NCBI GenBank assembly: GCA_963768655.1 | Contig: CAVYIM010000004.1 | Location: 64,001-128,000, forward strand | Direction: 5' to 3' | Length of the DNA: 64,000 nucleotides | Source of the DNA: an uncultured Chloroflexia bacterium | GTDB lineage: Bacteria; Chloroflexota; Limnocylindria; Limnocylindrales; CSP1-4 | Shown here: one piece after another, positions 19,882 through 31,692 of the stretch | How positions within the stretch are numbered: the stretch's first letter is position 1 | Layout of the letters: each line of letters begins with the position of its first letter | Position numbers and translations under genes: made by a program | The notes under the pieces: model-generated | Told to the model about the DNA's origin: nothing | The model's input: only the letters and a program-made list of their open reading frames with translations | Databases searched by the model: none

Positions 19882-21494
19882 CGGCGCTCGTCCCGGGCCA
19901 TCAGCTCGTCGGCCGCCTCCGGACCCCAGGTTCCGGCCGCGTAGTTGGGGAAGCGTGGCGCCGGCATGGCCGCCCAGCACTCGATGATCGGCGTTACTAC
20001 GGCCCAGGCCGCCTCGACTTCGTCGGCCCGCGTGAAGAGCGACGCGTCGCCGAGCAGGGCGTCGAGGATCAGGGTTTCGTACGCGTCGGGCGAGTCCACG
20101 GCGAAGGACGTCCCGTAGTCGAAGTCCATGTTGACCGTCCGGACGTCCAGACCCAGGCCCGGAACCTTGGCGGCGAAGCGGAGCATGATGCCCTCGTCTG
20201 GCTGGATCCTCATCGCCAGGACGTTGGGTGCCGGATCGCCGGTCGACTCGTGGAAAAGAGGCAGCGGCACTTCCTTGAACTGGATCGCGATCTCCGTCGC
20301 GCGCTCGGGCAGCCTCTTGCCGGCACGCAGGTAGAAGGGCACGCCGCTCCAGCGCCAGTCGTCGATCGTGAAGCGGCCGGCGACGTAGGTCTCCGTCTCC
20401 GATTCGGGGTCCACCTCCGGCTCTTCACGGTAGCCTAGTACGGCCGCGCCCCCGACCCAGCCGGAGCCGTACTGCCCGCGCACCACGTCGCGCCGGACGT
20501 GCTCGACGTTGGGCGTCGTGATCGCCCGCAAGACCGCCAGCTTCTGGTCGCGCAGGGCGTCGGCGTGGAACGAGGAGGGCGGCTCCATGGCCACGAGTGT
20601 CATCAGCTGCAGCAGATGGTTCTGGAGGATGTCACGGCTGGCGCCGGTCTCCTCGTAGAAGCTTCCTCGACCCTCAACGCCGAGCGACTCGGCCACGGTT
20701 ATCTGGACATGGTCCACGTAGCTGCGGTTCCAGACCGGCTCGAAGATGCCGTTGCCGAAGCGAAAGACCAGGAGGTTGCGGACGGTCTCCTTGCCCAGGT
20801 AGTGGTCGATGCGATAGACCTGCGACTCGCGCAGAACCTTGGCCACCTCGTGGTTGAGTCGGCGGGCCGATTCGTAGTCGCGGCCGAACGGCTTCTCCAC
20901 GACCACGCGACGCCAGCCCGAGCCGCGCAATTCGTGGTCGAGCCCGACGCGGCCCAGCTGGCGGATGATCTCCGTCACCTGAGACGGCTGCGTGGCCAGG
21001 TAGAACAGGCGGTTGCCGGCGGTGCCCCGTTCCGCGTCCAGGGCGTCGAGCCGGCCGCTCAGGCGGTCGAAGCCGGCGTCGTCGCCGAAATCGAGCTGCT
21101 GGTAGGTGATCCGCCGGGCCAGCTCGGTCCACGCCGCCTCGTCGAGAGGCTGCACGCGCGAATTCGCCTCCACCGAGGCACGAACCTCGGCCACGAACGC
21201 CTCGTCGGTGTACGGCCGGCGGGCCACTGCGACCAGGCTGAACTCGGCCGGCAGGAGGTTCGTCCGCCACAGCTGGTAGATCGCCGGCATCACCTTGCGA
21301 TGCGCGAGATCGCCTGTGGCGCCGAACAGGACGAAGCTGCACGGATCGGGGACCCGCTCCAGACGGAGCCCCTGCCGGAGCGGATTGAGATCCGCGTCCG
21401 AGCGGTGCCGGCGGCGCGCGGAGGAGGTTGCCTCTCGGAGCTGGCGGGCAGTTCTGGCCGGTGGCGGCGGAACGGGGCCGTGAGTCGTGCTCAT
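19866..21494 (-). CDS. zwf: Glucose-6-phosphate 1-dehydrogenase
   Basis: FGATGDLAHRK, VEKPFG, RIDHYLGKE, DILQNH, RWSGVPFYLRAGK. Confidence 0.97.
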   Translation of the reverse strand: MSTTHGPVPPPPARTARQLREATSSARRRHRSDADLNPLRQGLRLERVPDPCSFVLFGATGDLAHRKVMPAIYQLWRTNLLPAEFSLVAVARRPYTDEAFVAEVRASVEANSRVQPLDEAAWTELARRITYQQLDFGDDAGFDRLSGRLDALDAERGTAGNRLFYLATQPSQVTEIIRQLGRVGLDHELRGSGWRRVVVEKPFGRDYESARRLNHEVAKVLRESQVYRIDHYLGKETVRNLLVFRFGNGIFEPVWNRSYVDHVQITVAESLGVEGRGSFYEETGASRDILQNHLLQLMTLVAMEPPSSFHADALRDQKLAVLRAITTPNVEHVRRDVVRGQYGSGWVGGAAVLGYREEPEVDPESETETYVAGRFTIDDWRWSGVPFYLRAGKRLPERATEIAIQFKEVPLPLFHESTGDPAPNVLAMRIQPDEGIMLRFAAKVPGLGLDVRTVNMDFDYGTSFAVDSPDAYETLILDALLGDASLFTRADEVEAAWAVVTPIIECWAAMPAPRFPNYAAGTWGPEAADELMARDERRWRRI

Positions 21495-21549
21495 CTGTCG
21501 ACGCAATGGCGGCTGGCGGGGCAGCCCGGGCGCGGCCGCGGTCCGGCTG

Positions 21550-22446
21550 TCACTCCGTCTTCACCGCGTGGCCGCCGAACTCGTTCCGCAGGGCCGCGAG
21601 AACCTTGGCCTGGTAGCTGTCGTCCTGCCTCGAGCGGAAACGGTTGAGCAGCGAGAGCGTGATGACCGGCGCCGGAACGTCCTTGTCGATCGCCTCCTGC
21701 ACCGTCCAACGACCCTCGCCGGAGTCGGCGACCCAGCCCTTCAGATGTGTCAGGTCCTGGTCCTGCGAGAAGGCGGAGGCCGCCAGTTCGAGCAGCCACG
21801 AGCGAACGACCGATCCGTGATTCCACAGGTCAGCGATGGCTGCGAGATCGAGCTTGAAGTCCGACGCGTGGAGGATCTCGAAGCCTTCGGCATAGGACTG
21901 CATCATTCCGTACTCGATGCCGTTGTGGACCATCTTGACGTAGTGCCCGGCGCCGGGTCCGCCGGCGTGGAGGTACCCGTCCGTGGGTGCGAGCGAGCGG
22001 AAGATCGGCTCCAGTCGCTTCACCGGCTCGGGCTCGCCGCCGACCATCAGGCAATAGCCGATCTTGAGGCCCCAGATCCCGCCGGAGACGCCGGCATCGA
22101 CGAAGTTGACGCCGTGCGCGGCCACCTTGGCGTGGCGCCGCACCGAGTCGTGGAAGTTGGAGTTGCCGCCGTCCACGATCGTGTCGCCGGGCTCGAGCAG
22201 CGTGAGCAGCTCGTCGATCATTGCCTCCGTCGCGTCGCCGGCCGGGACCATGACCCACACTGCGCGGGGCTTTCCCAGCTTGCCGACCAGCTCGGCGAGC
22301 GAGAACGCGCCGTCGGAGCCCTCGGTCATGATCTCGCGGGTCTTCTCCGCGGTCCGGTTGTACGCGACCACGTGGTGCTTGTCGATGAGGAGGCGCCGGA
22401 CCATGTTGGCGCCCATGCGGCCGAGTCCGATGAAACCGAGGTCCAT
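21550..22446 (-). CDS. gnd: 6-phosphogluconate dehydrogenase, short (YqeC-type) form
   Basis: GLGRMG, VDAGVSGGIWG, KMVHNGIEYG, DSGEGRW, LRNEFGGH. Confidence 0.95.
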   Translation of the reverse strand: MDLGFIGLGRMGANMVRRLLIDKHHVVAYNRTAEKTREIMTEGSDGAFSLAELVGKLGKPRAVWVMVPAGDATEAMIDELLTLLEPGDTIVDGGNSNFHDSVRRHAKVAAHGVNFVDAGVSGGIWGLKIGYCLMVGGEPEPVKRLEPIFRSLAPTDGYLHAGGPGAGHYVKMVHNGIEYGMMQSYAEGFEILHASDFKLDLAAIADLWNHGSVVRSWLLELAASAFSQDQDLTHLKGWVADSGEGRWTVQEAIDKDVPAPVITLSLLNRFRSRQDDSYQAKVLAALRNEFGGHAVKTE

Positions 22447-22450
22447 GGCG

Positions 22451-24199
22451 TCATGCCTCCTTGAGCGCCGCGGCCAGGGCTCGCTCGAGGGCGGTCAGGC
22501 CGGCGTCGGGGTTCTGTCCGAGGTTGATTCGAAGAACCGGCAGCTTGTGGTCTTCCAGCGTTCGCGCGTCGCCGAGCGCCTGTGCGTCGATCAGCTGGCC
22601 GAAGGTGTGGGCCTTGCCCGGAATCTCGCGATCGTCGGGGTGCTCGGCCACGAGCTGCAGGAACCAGCCGATCGGGGCGCCGCCCTTGTGCAGCTGGCCC
22701 GTCGAGTGGAGGAAACGCGGCCCGTAGCCGACGGTCGTGGCCCTATGTGTGGCATCCCGGATCAGAACGCGGAGCCGCGCCAGGGCGGCGTCGCGTTCGG
22801 GTGTCTGGGCGATGTAGGCCTGGATCGAGGCGTAGCCGTCTGGCAGAAGGCTGGCCAGGGCGGCCTTGAGCGCGGCCGTCAGGTCGGCCTCGTCGCCCAC
22901 TCCTCGAGCATCGCCGCCCGCCGCGGGGCCGCCGCCGTTCTCGAAGGACGCGATGACGGCGCGGGTGTTTGCCTTGGCCTCCTCGACGTTGGGCTGGTCG
23001 AACGGGTCGATCCCGAGGACTATGCCGGACAGCGCGGTGGCGATCTCCCAGCGCACGAACTCGGCGCCGATGTCGATCTTCGAACCGACGGGAATCCGGA
23101 TGACCGGGTGGCCGGCGGCGGCCAGCTCCGCCAGGCGGGCGTCGACATTCGAACCGATCGACGGGTCCGGACCGGCCGAACCGGCCAGCGTGATCCGAAC
23201 GAAGACACGGTCGTTGCCGTAGGCCGCTGCCGGGCCGAGCGGCTCGCCGTCGACCGGAACGACGCCGACGCCGTGCTTACCGGTGCTCTCGGCGATCAGC
23301 TGCTCGACCCACGGCCCGAAGGCGGCGAGCTCCCGGTCGATGACGAAGGTCAACTTGTCGCGCCCGCTCTTCGCCAGAACGCCCATCGCCAGGCCCAGGG
23401 CCAGGCCGGGGTTGCCGGCGGGGTCCGAGTGGCCGCACGCCACGACCATCTCGCGCGCTCGGCGCAGCAGCTCGTCCAGATCGAGGCCGAGCAGCGCCCC
23501 GGGAACGAGACCGACGTAGGTCAGGGCCGAATAGCGCCCGCCGACGTCCGGCGGGTTGAGGAACAGCTCCCGCAGCTGATCGTGGTGGGGGATCGACTGG
23601 ACGCTCTTCTGCGGGTCGCTGATCGCGACCATGAAGTCGCCCGGCTGCGTCGGCCGGCCCACGCCGGCCGCTTCGAGCGCGGCGGCTATCCGCTCCCACT
23701 GGTATGCCTGAAATGAGAGCGACTCGGCCGTGGTGCCGGACTTGGTAGAGACGATGAACAGGGTGCGCGTCGGGTCCAGGTCGTCCAGCGCCGCGGCCAC
23801 GGCCGCGGGGTCGGTGGAATCCAGGACTCGAACTGGCGTGGCGCCTTCCGCGGGCCCGAACACGTGGGCCAGGAGCGCGGGCGCGAGGCTGCTCCCTCCC
23901 ATCCCGCCGAGGACGGCGGTGGTGACTGCCTGGTCGCGAATGGCCTGCGCGAATGCCATCAGCTCGCTCGTCTCGTCGGCGAAGTGGAACGGCGCCTCGA
24001 GCCAGCCCAGGCGCTGGGCGATCGCGCGCTGGACGATCTCGTCCGCCGACCAGACGGTGGGGTCGCGCCGGCCGACGGCTCGATCGGCCCAGTTCTCGCG
24101 TACCGCTCTGGCGCGAGCTTCGGCCAGGGCTGAGTCCAGCCTGGCATCGCCAGGCGTCAGATCCAGGGCGAGCGATCCCTGGGCCTTCGGTTCGGTCAT
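22451..24199 (-). CDS. pgi: Glucose-6-phosphate isomerase (type resembling the PGI half of Tal-Pgi fusions)
   Basis: GMGGSSL, STKSGTTAE, VGGRYSAL, WVEQLIAESTGK, PFDQPNVEEAK, GPRFLHSTGQLHKGG. Confidence 0.9.
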   Translation of the reverse strand: MTEPKAQGSLALDLTPGDARLDSALAEARARAVRENWADRAVGRRDPTVWSADEIVQRAIAQRLGWLEAPFHFADETSELMAFAQAIRDQAVTTAVLGGMGGSSLAPALLAHVFGPAEGATPVRVLDSTDPAAVAAALDDLDPTRTLFIVSTKSGTTAESLSFQAYQWERIAAALEAAGVGRPTQPGDFMVAISDPQKSVQSIPHHDQLRELFLNPPDVGGRYSALTYVGLVPGALLGLDLDELLRRAREMVVACGHSDPAGNPGLALGLAMGVLAKSGRDKLTFVIDRELAAFGPWVEQLIAESTGKHGVGVVPVDGEPLGPAAAYGNDRVFVRITLAGSAGPDPSIGSNVDARLAELAAAGHPVIRIPVGSKIDIGAEFVRWEIATALSGIVLGIDPFDQPNVEEAKANTRAVIASFENGGGPAAGGDARGVGDEADLTAALKAALASLLPDGYASIQAYIAQTPERDAALARLRVLIRDATHRATTVGYGPRFLHSTGQLHKGGAPIGWFLQLVAEHPDDREIPGKAHTFGQLIDAQALGDARTLEDHKLPVLRINLGQNPDAGLTALERALAAALKEA

Positions 24200-24277
24200 T
24201 GCGAAAGCCTCATGACTGGTCGTGGGTTGAACTCAACGGCGAGCGGCGACGGCGACGCCGGCTCGATCGCCGTGCCT

Positions 24278-24757
24278 TCATTTGGTTCGATCGGCCGCCT
24301 CCATGAGAGCGGCCTCCTGTTCGATGGCCCGGATCTTGCCGACCCTGCGCACGTGGCGCGGCGCGCCGCTGAACGTGGCCGCCAGGAAGGCCGTGGCACA
24401 GGAAACGGCCGTCTCCACGCCGATGACCCGGGCCCCGAGCGCGAGCACGTTCATGTCGTCGTGCTCGACGCCCTGACCGGCCGAGTAGTAGTCGTGGCAC
24501 AGCCCGGCCCGAATGCCCGGCATCTTGGATGCGGCGATCGAGGCTCCGACTCCGCTGCCGCAGACCAGGATGCCACGGTCGGCTCGGCCGGCCAGGATCG
24601 CCCCGGCGAGGGCCCGGCTGTAGTCCGGATAGTCGTCGTCGGGGTTGCTGCCGTCGCCGCCCAGGTCGATGAGCGTGTGGCCCAGCGGTGCCAGGCGCGT
24701 CAGGAGCTCGGCCTTGAGCTCGGCCCCGGCGTGGTCGGCTGCGAGTGCGATGCGCAT
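24278..24757 (-). CDS. rpiB: Ribose-5-phosphate isomerase B
   Basis: ADHAG, DDYPD, CGSGVG, HDDMNVL, RHVRRV. Confidence 0.95.
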   Translation of the reverse strand: MRIALAADHAGAELKAELLTRLAPLGHTLIDLGGDGSNPDDDYPDYSRALAGAILAGRADRGILVCGSGVGASIAASKMPGIRAGLCHDYYSAGQGVEHDDMNVLALGARVIGVETAVSCATAFLAATFSGAPRHVRRVGKIRAIEQEAALMEAADRTK

Positions 24758-24767
24758 CGGTCTCCTC

Positions 24768-26831
<2,064 letters not shown>

Positions 26832-27317
26832 TCGATCTCCGCTCCCGATCTCTGGTGCCTGATCTCTGGTGCCTGCCGACCCGGGCCGGCGAAGGTGTCG
26901 CGTGCCGCGCGATGCGGCTCGCCACGACCGGAGTGGCTCGCCGAAGCCATCGATTCCGGCAGCGGGAGCGACGCCGGCAGCGAATCCGGTCCGGTGCCTC
27001 GAGATGGACGCAACAGGGTCGATCCGCTGCGAATCGGCCGCTCCGGGCCCATTGACGATGCCATTCTACCGGCCCGGGCCTCGATGACCACGTGCGGGAG
27101 TTGCCCGTCACCGGAGGGTGAGCCTCCCGCCGCCGGCTTCGCGGGCGCCGCCGGCGTGGCAGGTGAGGCTGACTGCGAGCCGAACCTTGTTGCTCCTGCT
27201 GGCGAGGCTGGTACACTCGGCCCACCGGCAGTGCCGCGACGGGGAAGGTCGGGCATTGCCGCCCGTTGGACGCTCCAGGCGGTCTCGAATCGCGGTCCCG
27301 TAAGCGCGAGGAAGCAG

Positions 27318-27842
27318 ATGCGAATCTACGATGGCAGTCCTCGCCAGAACTACGAGGAAGTGCTGCGCTCGATCGGGGCATTCCTCGACCAGCGAGGGAT
27401 GAAAGAGGTCCTCCTCGTGGAGGCGCCGGACGGTTTCGTGGTCCAGGGCATGGTGGTGGAGACGTCCACAAGCGGCCAGTGGTCCGAGCATCTGGGCCAG
27501 CAGGCCAAGGAGACCTTCACCTTCCTCGATGACGACATCGCTCAATTCATGGAAGAGGGCCACGCCAGGCGGGACAACCAGCAGCGCGCGGTCACCTGGG
27601 GGCAAGCCGGCTACTATGAGCAGGCGTTCCGCGTGGTCGGCCGATATGTCGACGAGCAGAAGCCGCGCGACATCTTCTTCTTCGAGCAGGACGGCGCCTT
27701 CGTGCTTCGACTGCTGATGTGGACGCAGACCGGCAGCCGGCACGTGATCGCGGAGTTCACGCGCGAAGAGGTCGAGGCTCTGATCGCGACGGCCCCGGAA
27801 TTCAGAGGTGAGAAAGTGGCCAAGCCCCAGTCCGGGGCTTGA
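27318..27842 (+). CDS. Hypothetical protein with internal two-fold repeat
   Basis: ATG after GAGGA; YEEVLRSIGAFLD vs YEQAFRVVGRYVD repeats; strong coding bias. Confidence 0.75.
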   Translation: MRIYDGSPRQNYEEVLRSIGAFLDQRGMKEVLLVEAPDGFVVQGMVVETSTSGQWSEHLGQQAKETFTFLDDDIAQFMEEGHARRDNQQRAVTWGQAGYYEQAFRVVGRYVDEQKPRDIFFFEQDGAFVLRLLMWTQTGSRHVIAEFTREEVEALIATAPEFRGEKVAKPQSGA

Positions 27843-27886
27843 GCAAGCGGAGCGGTAGATACGAAGCGGCTATGTGAGGTAGGCCC

Positions 27887-28042
27887 ATGAAGATCCTGAA
27901 GATGCTGATGGTGCTCGTGCTTGTCACGCTCGCCGCGCTCGTGGTCATCCCGCTCATCGTCCTGGCAGGCCTGTTCGTCTGGCTCAAGCTCACTGAAGAA
28001 GGCGACGAGGAGTCGCTCGAGCTGGATCAGGAGAACGGCTGA
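27887..28042 (+). CDS. 51-aa membrane peptide with acidic tail (below ORF-track cutoff)
   Basis: GAGGTAGG then ATG; MKILKMLMVLVLVTLAALVVIPLIVLAGLFVWLKLTEEGDEESLELDQENG*. Confidence 0.65.
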   Translation: MKILKMLMVLVLVTLAALVVIPLIVLAGLFVWLKLTEEGDEESLELDQENG

Positions 28043-28147
28043 CATCCGCTACCTGCGATCAGCGCCGGTCGCCCGGGCCCCAAGCCCGGGCGATTGCGTA
28101 TTCACCCCTCGAGTGCGGCGGCTCGCCTCGGTTCGGCGCCGGACCCA

Positions 28148-29125
28148 ATGATCCGCCCGGGAGCGAGCACGTCCGCGATTGACGTCCCCGGTGTGAAAGG
28201 GGTCGGGCGGGCCGGCGGTGCCGTGCCCAGCGCGACGGTCCGCTTCGGCGCCGAGGCGGCGACGCTGCTGGTGATGCTGTCCTGGGCCGCCAACGTGGTA
28301 GCGGTCAAGGCTGCCATCGCCGACGTGCCGCCGCTCGTGTTCGCCTTCGTCCGCTTCACGGTCGCGTTCCTGGTGTTGCTGGCATTCCTGCGGTGGCGCG
28401 AGGGCAGCGTCTCGCTGCCGCGCCGCGACGTGCTCCCGATCGCTCTACTGGGTCTGGCCGGGTTCGGCCTGTATCAGGATCTGTGGGCCTCGGCGCTGGG
28501 TCAAACCACCGCCGCCAACTCGGCCCTGCTGACGGCCGCGACACCGGTCTCGACTATCCTGATCGCCGCTGCCGTCGGGTCGGACACACTCTCCCCGGCG
28601 AAGGCGATCGGCGCCGCCATCTCCTTTTGCGGGGCGGTGAGCGTCGTCGCGGCCACCCACGGCTTCGGGCTCACGGGAGCCTCCGCCGGGGACCTGATGA
28701 CGCTGGCGGCCACGGTCCTGTGGGCCTGCTACGTTGCCTTCGGAGCGTCGGTGCTGCGGCGCCACTCCCCGCTACGGACGGCGACATGGGCGATCGGCTT
28801 CGGCTGCCTCGGCATGCTGCCGCTGGCTCTGATCGAGCTCCCGCAACTCGTCCCGGCACACGTCGGCCCCGGTACCCTGGGCCTGCTCGCCTTCTGCGCA
28901 TTGCTCCCCGCGGCGGCTTCCAACGTGGTCGTCTTCGCCGCCATCAAGGTTTTCGGGCCGGCGCGAGTGATGCTCTTCCAATTCCTGGTCCCTGCCTTTG
29001 CCGTAGTCATGGCGGCTTTCTTCCTGGGCGAGGCGATCGTCGTGGGGCAGGTGCTGGGCGGCCTGGTAATCGTGCTCGGCATCCTGGTCGCCCGCTCGGG
29101 CCGCCTCGCCCGCGCGGTCGGCTAG
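28148..29125 (+). CDS. DMT/EamA family transporter (start uncertain)
   Basis: About ten TMs; WAANVVAVK, PPLVFAFVRF, GDLMTL, FFLGE. Confidence 0.88.
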   Translation: MIRPGASTSAIDVPGVKGVGRAGGAVPSATVRFGAEAATLLVMLSWAANVVAVKAAIADVPPLVFAFVRFTVAFLVLLAFLRWREGSVSLPRRDVLPIALLGLAGFGLYQDLWASALGQTTAANSALLTAATPVSTILIAAAVGSDTLSPAKAIGAAISFCGAVSVVAATHGFGLTGASAGDLMTLAATVLWACYVAFGASVLRRHSPLRTATWAIGFGCLGMLPLALIELPQLVPAHVGPGTLGLLAFCALLPAAASNVVVFAAIKVFGPARVMLFQFLVPAFAVVMAAFFLGEAIVVGQVLGGLVIVLGILVARSGRLARAVG

Positions 29126-29134
29126 CGTTCGGCC

Positions 29135-29998
29135 ATGCAACCCGATGAGCTCGGACCAGCGCATGGCAACGCGAGCCCAGTGCCGGGCCGCGTCGCGGGT
29201 CCGGCTCGAGTCCCGCCGCTTAGCGCAGGCCAACCGCCGCTGGCGATCCTGGTCGACTACGACGGCACGATCGCCCTGACCGATGTCGCCGACGCCATCC
29301 TCTACCGGTTCCTGGGCGAGCGGCTGGAGCATGACAACGCGGCGTATTCGAGCGGCGAGGTCGGCTCGCGAACGCTCTTCATCAGCCAGATGGAGTCGCT
29401 GCCCGGTGACCCGGGGCCGCTGATGGCGGTGGCCGACGCTCAGCCGCTTGATCCGACGTTCGGGCCCTTCGTGAGACGGGCACTGGAGCTCCAGATCCCG
29501 GTCGAGGTCGTGAGCGACGGCCTCGGCTTCTACATCGAACCGGCCCTGCGGCGGCTCGGCGTGCCTTCGATTCCGGTCATCAGCAACGAAACCACGTTCG
29601 ACGGCACGCGCGCGACGATGACGTTCCCCTACGGCCATCCTGATTGCCTGGTCTGCGGAACGTGCAAGCGCCAGCCCGTGCTGGCGCACCAGGCCGCCGG
29701 CCGCAGCGTGGTCTTCATCGGCGACGGCGACACCGACCGATACGCGGCCGCCTACGCCGACGTCGTCTTCGCCAAGGGCCGCCTTGGGCAGTTCTGCCGC
29801 GCGCAGGGTTGGCCGTTCACCGCGTGGTATGACTTCGGGGCGGTGGCGACGTGGCTCGATGCCGTCGTCGCCGCCTGGCGGTCGAACCCGGCGAGCCTGC
29901 CACGGGCCGCCGCCCGGCCCTTCTTCTGCGGGCCGGAGGTCTGGGGCCCCGGCCGGACCGACCCGCCCCGCGGCGGCGGCGCCGCCGAGCCCGCCTGA
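29135..29998 (+). CDS. HAD-IB phosphatase, MtnX-like
   Basis: DYDGT, VSDG, CLVCGTCK, IGDGDTD, VFAK. Confidence 0.82.
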   Translation: MQPDELGPAHGNASPVPGRVAGPARVPPLSAGQPPLAILVDYDGTIALTDVADAILYRFLGERLEHDNAAYSSGEVGSRTLFISQMESLPGDPGPLMAVADAQPLDPTFGPFVRRALELQIPVEVVSDGLGFYIEPALRRLGVPSIPVISNETTFDGTRATMTFPYGHPDCLVCGTCKRQPVLAHQAAGRSVVFIGDGDTDRYAAAYADVVFAKGRLGQFCRAQGWPFTAWYDFGAVATWLDAVVAAWRSNPASLPRAAARPFFCGPEVWGPGRTDPPRGGGAAEPA

Positions 29999-30171
29999 TC
30001 GGCCGTCGCGTTCGCGCCGAGGGCCGCGCCTGCGCCACGGCCCCAGCTGCGCCGGAATCGCGCCTCTCGACCGGGCCGGGTGCGCGCGACCCCCGTCCGT
30101 CCACCTCGGATGTGCCGCGCAACGGAGCAGCTCGCGACCGGGCGCGCGGCGCGGCACCTGCCGCACCTGTC

Positions 30172-30228
30172 TTGACAGGCGGAGGGGGTCGTCATAGCAT
30201 CAACAAGCCTTTATATAAAGGCGTGTTG
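30172..30228 (+). promoter_or_regulatory. Sigma70 promoter of ino1 plus palindromic operator
   Basis: TTGACA(30172)-17 bp-TAGCAT(30195); CAACAaGCCTTTATATAAAGGCgTGTTG at 30201-30228. Confidence 0.8.
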
Positions 30229-30303
30229 TTCTGAGACTGTCAAACCCGTCCAGCGCCTCGCGCGCGTCCGAACGCAGCTTCGCACAGAGGAGCACATAGC
30301 ACA

Positions 30304-31527
30304 GTGAGCGACAAGACCAGCAGCGACGCCGCGAACGCCCCGGCGCCGGCCCACACCCCCGAGAAGAGCAAGAAGATCCGCGTCGCCATCGTCGGCGTCG
30401 GCAACTGCGCGAGCAGCCTCATCCAGGGCCGCTACTACTACGAGAACGCCGCTGAGACCGACTTCGTGCCAGGTCTCATGCACGTCAACCTGGGCGGTTA
30501 CCACATCCGCGACATCGAGTTCGTGGCCGCCTTCGACATCGACAAGAACAAGGTCGGCAAGGATCTGTCCGAAGCGATCTACCAGAAGCCGAACAACACC
30601 TTCGTCTTCCAGAAGGTCCCCCACCTCGGCGTCAAGGTCGAGCGCGGCATGACCCACGACGGTCTGGGCAAGTACCTGTCCCAGATCATCGAGAAGGCAC
30701 CCGGACCCACGGCCGACGTAGCCGGGATCATGCGCGAGCGCAAGGTCGACGTCATGATCAACTACCTGCCGGTCGGCTCCGAGGAAGCGACCAAGTGGTA
30801 TGTCGAGCAGGCGCTCGCCGCCGGCGTCGGCGTCGTCAACTGCATCCCGGTCTTCATCGCCCGCGAGCCGTACTGGCAGCGCCGCTTCGCCGAGAAGGGC
30901 CTGCCGATCATCGGCGACGACATCAAGAGCCAGGTCGGCGCGACGATCAGCCACCGCGTCCTCACCCGCCTCTTCATGGACCGCGGCGTTCGCGTCGACC
31001 GTACGTACCAGCTGAACTTCGGCGGCAACACCGACTTTCTCAACATGCTCGAGCGGGAGCGGCTCGAGTCGAAGAAGATCAGCAAGACGAACGCGGTCAC
31101 CTCGATGCTCGACTACGACATCGACCCCGACAACATCCACGTCGGCCCGTCGGACCACGTGCCGTGGCTGCTCGACCGCAAGTACTGCTACATAGTCATG
31201 GAGGGCACGACATTCGGCGACGTGCCCCTCAAGTGCGAGATGAAGCTCGAGGTCTGGGACAGCCCGAACAGCGCCGGCGTCGTCATCGATGCCCTCCGCT
31301 GCCTCAAGCTCGGCCTGGATCGCGGCCTCAAGGGCGCGCTCGTCGCCCCCTCGGCGTACTTCAAGAAAAGCCCGCCCATCCAGCTGCATGACGACATCGC
31401 CTTCAACCGGGTCGAGGCCTTCATCCGCGGCGAGGACAACCAGGCCCTCGTCGGCACGGAGACCCTGCCCAAGAAGTTCACCCGGCCGGCTCCTCTCCGC
31501 GGCGGCGCCCCGGCGGCCACCAAGTAG
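30304..31527 (+). CDS. ino1: myo-inositol-1-phosphate synthase
   Basis: [52 protein letters not shown]. Confidence 0.96.
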   Translation: MSDKTSSDAANAPAPAHTPEKSKKIRVAIVGVGNCASSLIQGRYYYENAAETDFVPGLMHVNLGGYHIRDIEFVAAFDIDKNKVGKDLSEAIYQKPNNTFVFQKVPHLGVKVERGMTHDGLGKYLSQIIEKAPGPTADVAGIMRERKVDVMINYLPVGSEEATKWYVEQALAAGVGVVNCIPVFIAREPYWQRRFAEKGLPIIGDDIKSQVGATISHRVLTRLFMDRGVRVDRTYQLNFGGNTDFLNMLERERLESKKISKTNAVTSMLDYDIDPDNIHVGPSDHVPWLLDRKYCYIVMEGTTFGDVPLKCEMKLEVWDSPNSAGVVIDALRCLKLGLDRGLKGALVAPSAYFKKSPPIQLHDDIAFNRVEAFIRGEDNQALVGTETLPKKFTRPAPLRGGAPAATK

Positions 31528-31597
31528 CAACGACGCCACCCTCCGCTTCCCGGGCGCCTCGCGCGACCCGGGAAGACGGCAGGGGCGCGGCAGAATC

Positions 31598-31627
31598 AAA
31601 GACCGTCGCCATCCGGCGACGGTCTTT
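31598..31627. terminator. Probable bidirectional intrinsic terminator between ino1 and tal
   Basis: Perfect 13-bp stem aaagaccgtcgcc-atcc-ggcgacggtcttt. Confidence 0.75.
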
Positions 31628-31692
31628 CCGTTGGGACCTGCGCCGGCCTCGAGGCCGGGGCGACGGGCTGCGCTGCCGACGGTGAGCGATCC

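Noticed and set aside
26832-27317. Riboswitch or ORF upstream of tkt
   Set aside because: No TPP or other riboswitch consensus recognised; the 142-aa ORF is low-complexity. An Rfam search would be needed to exclude it
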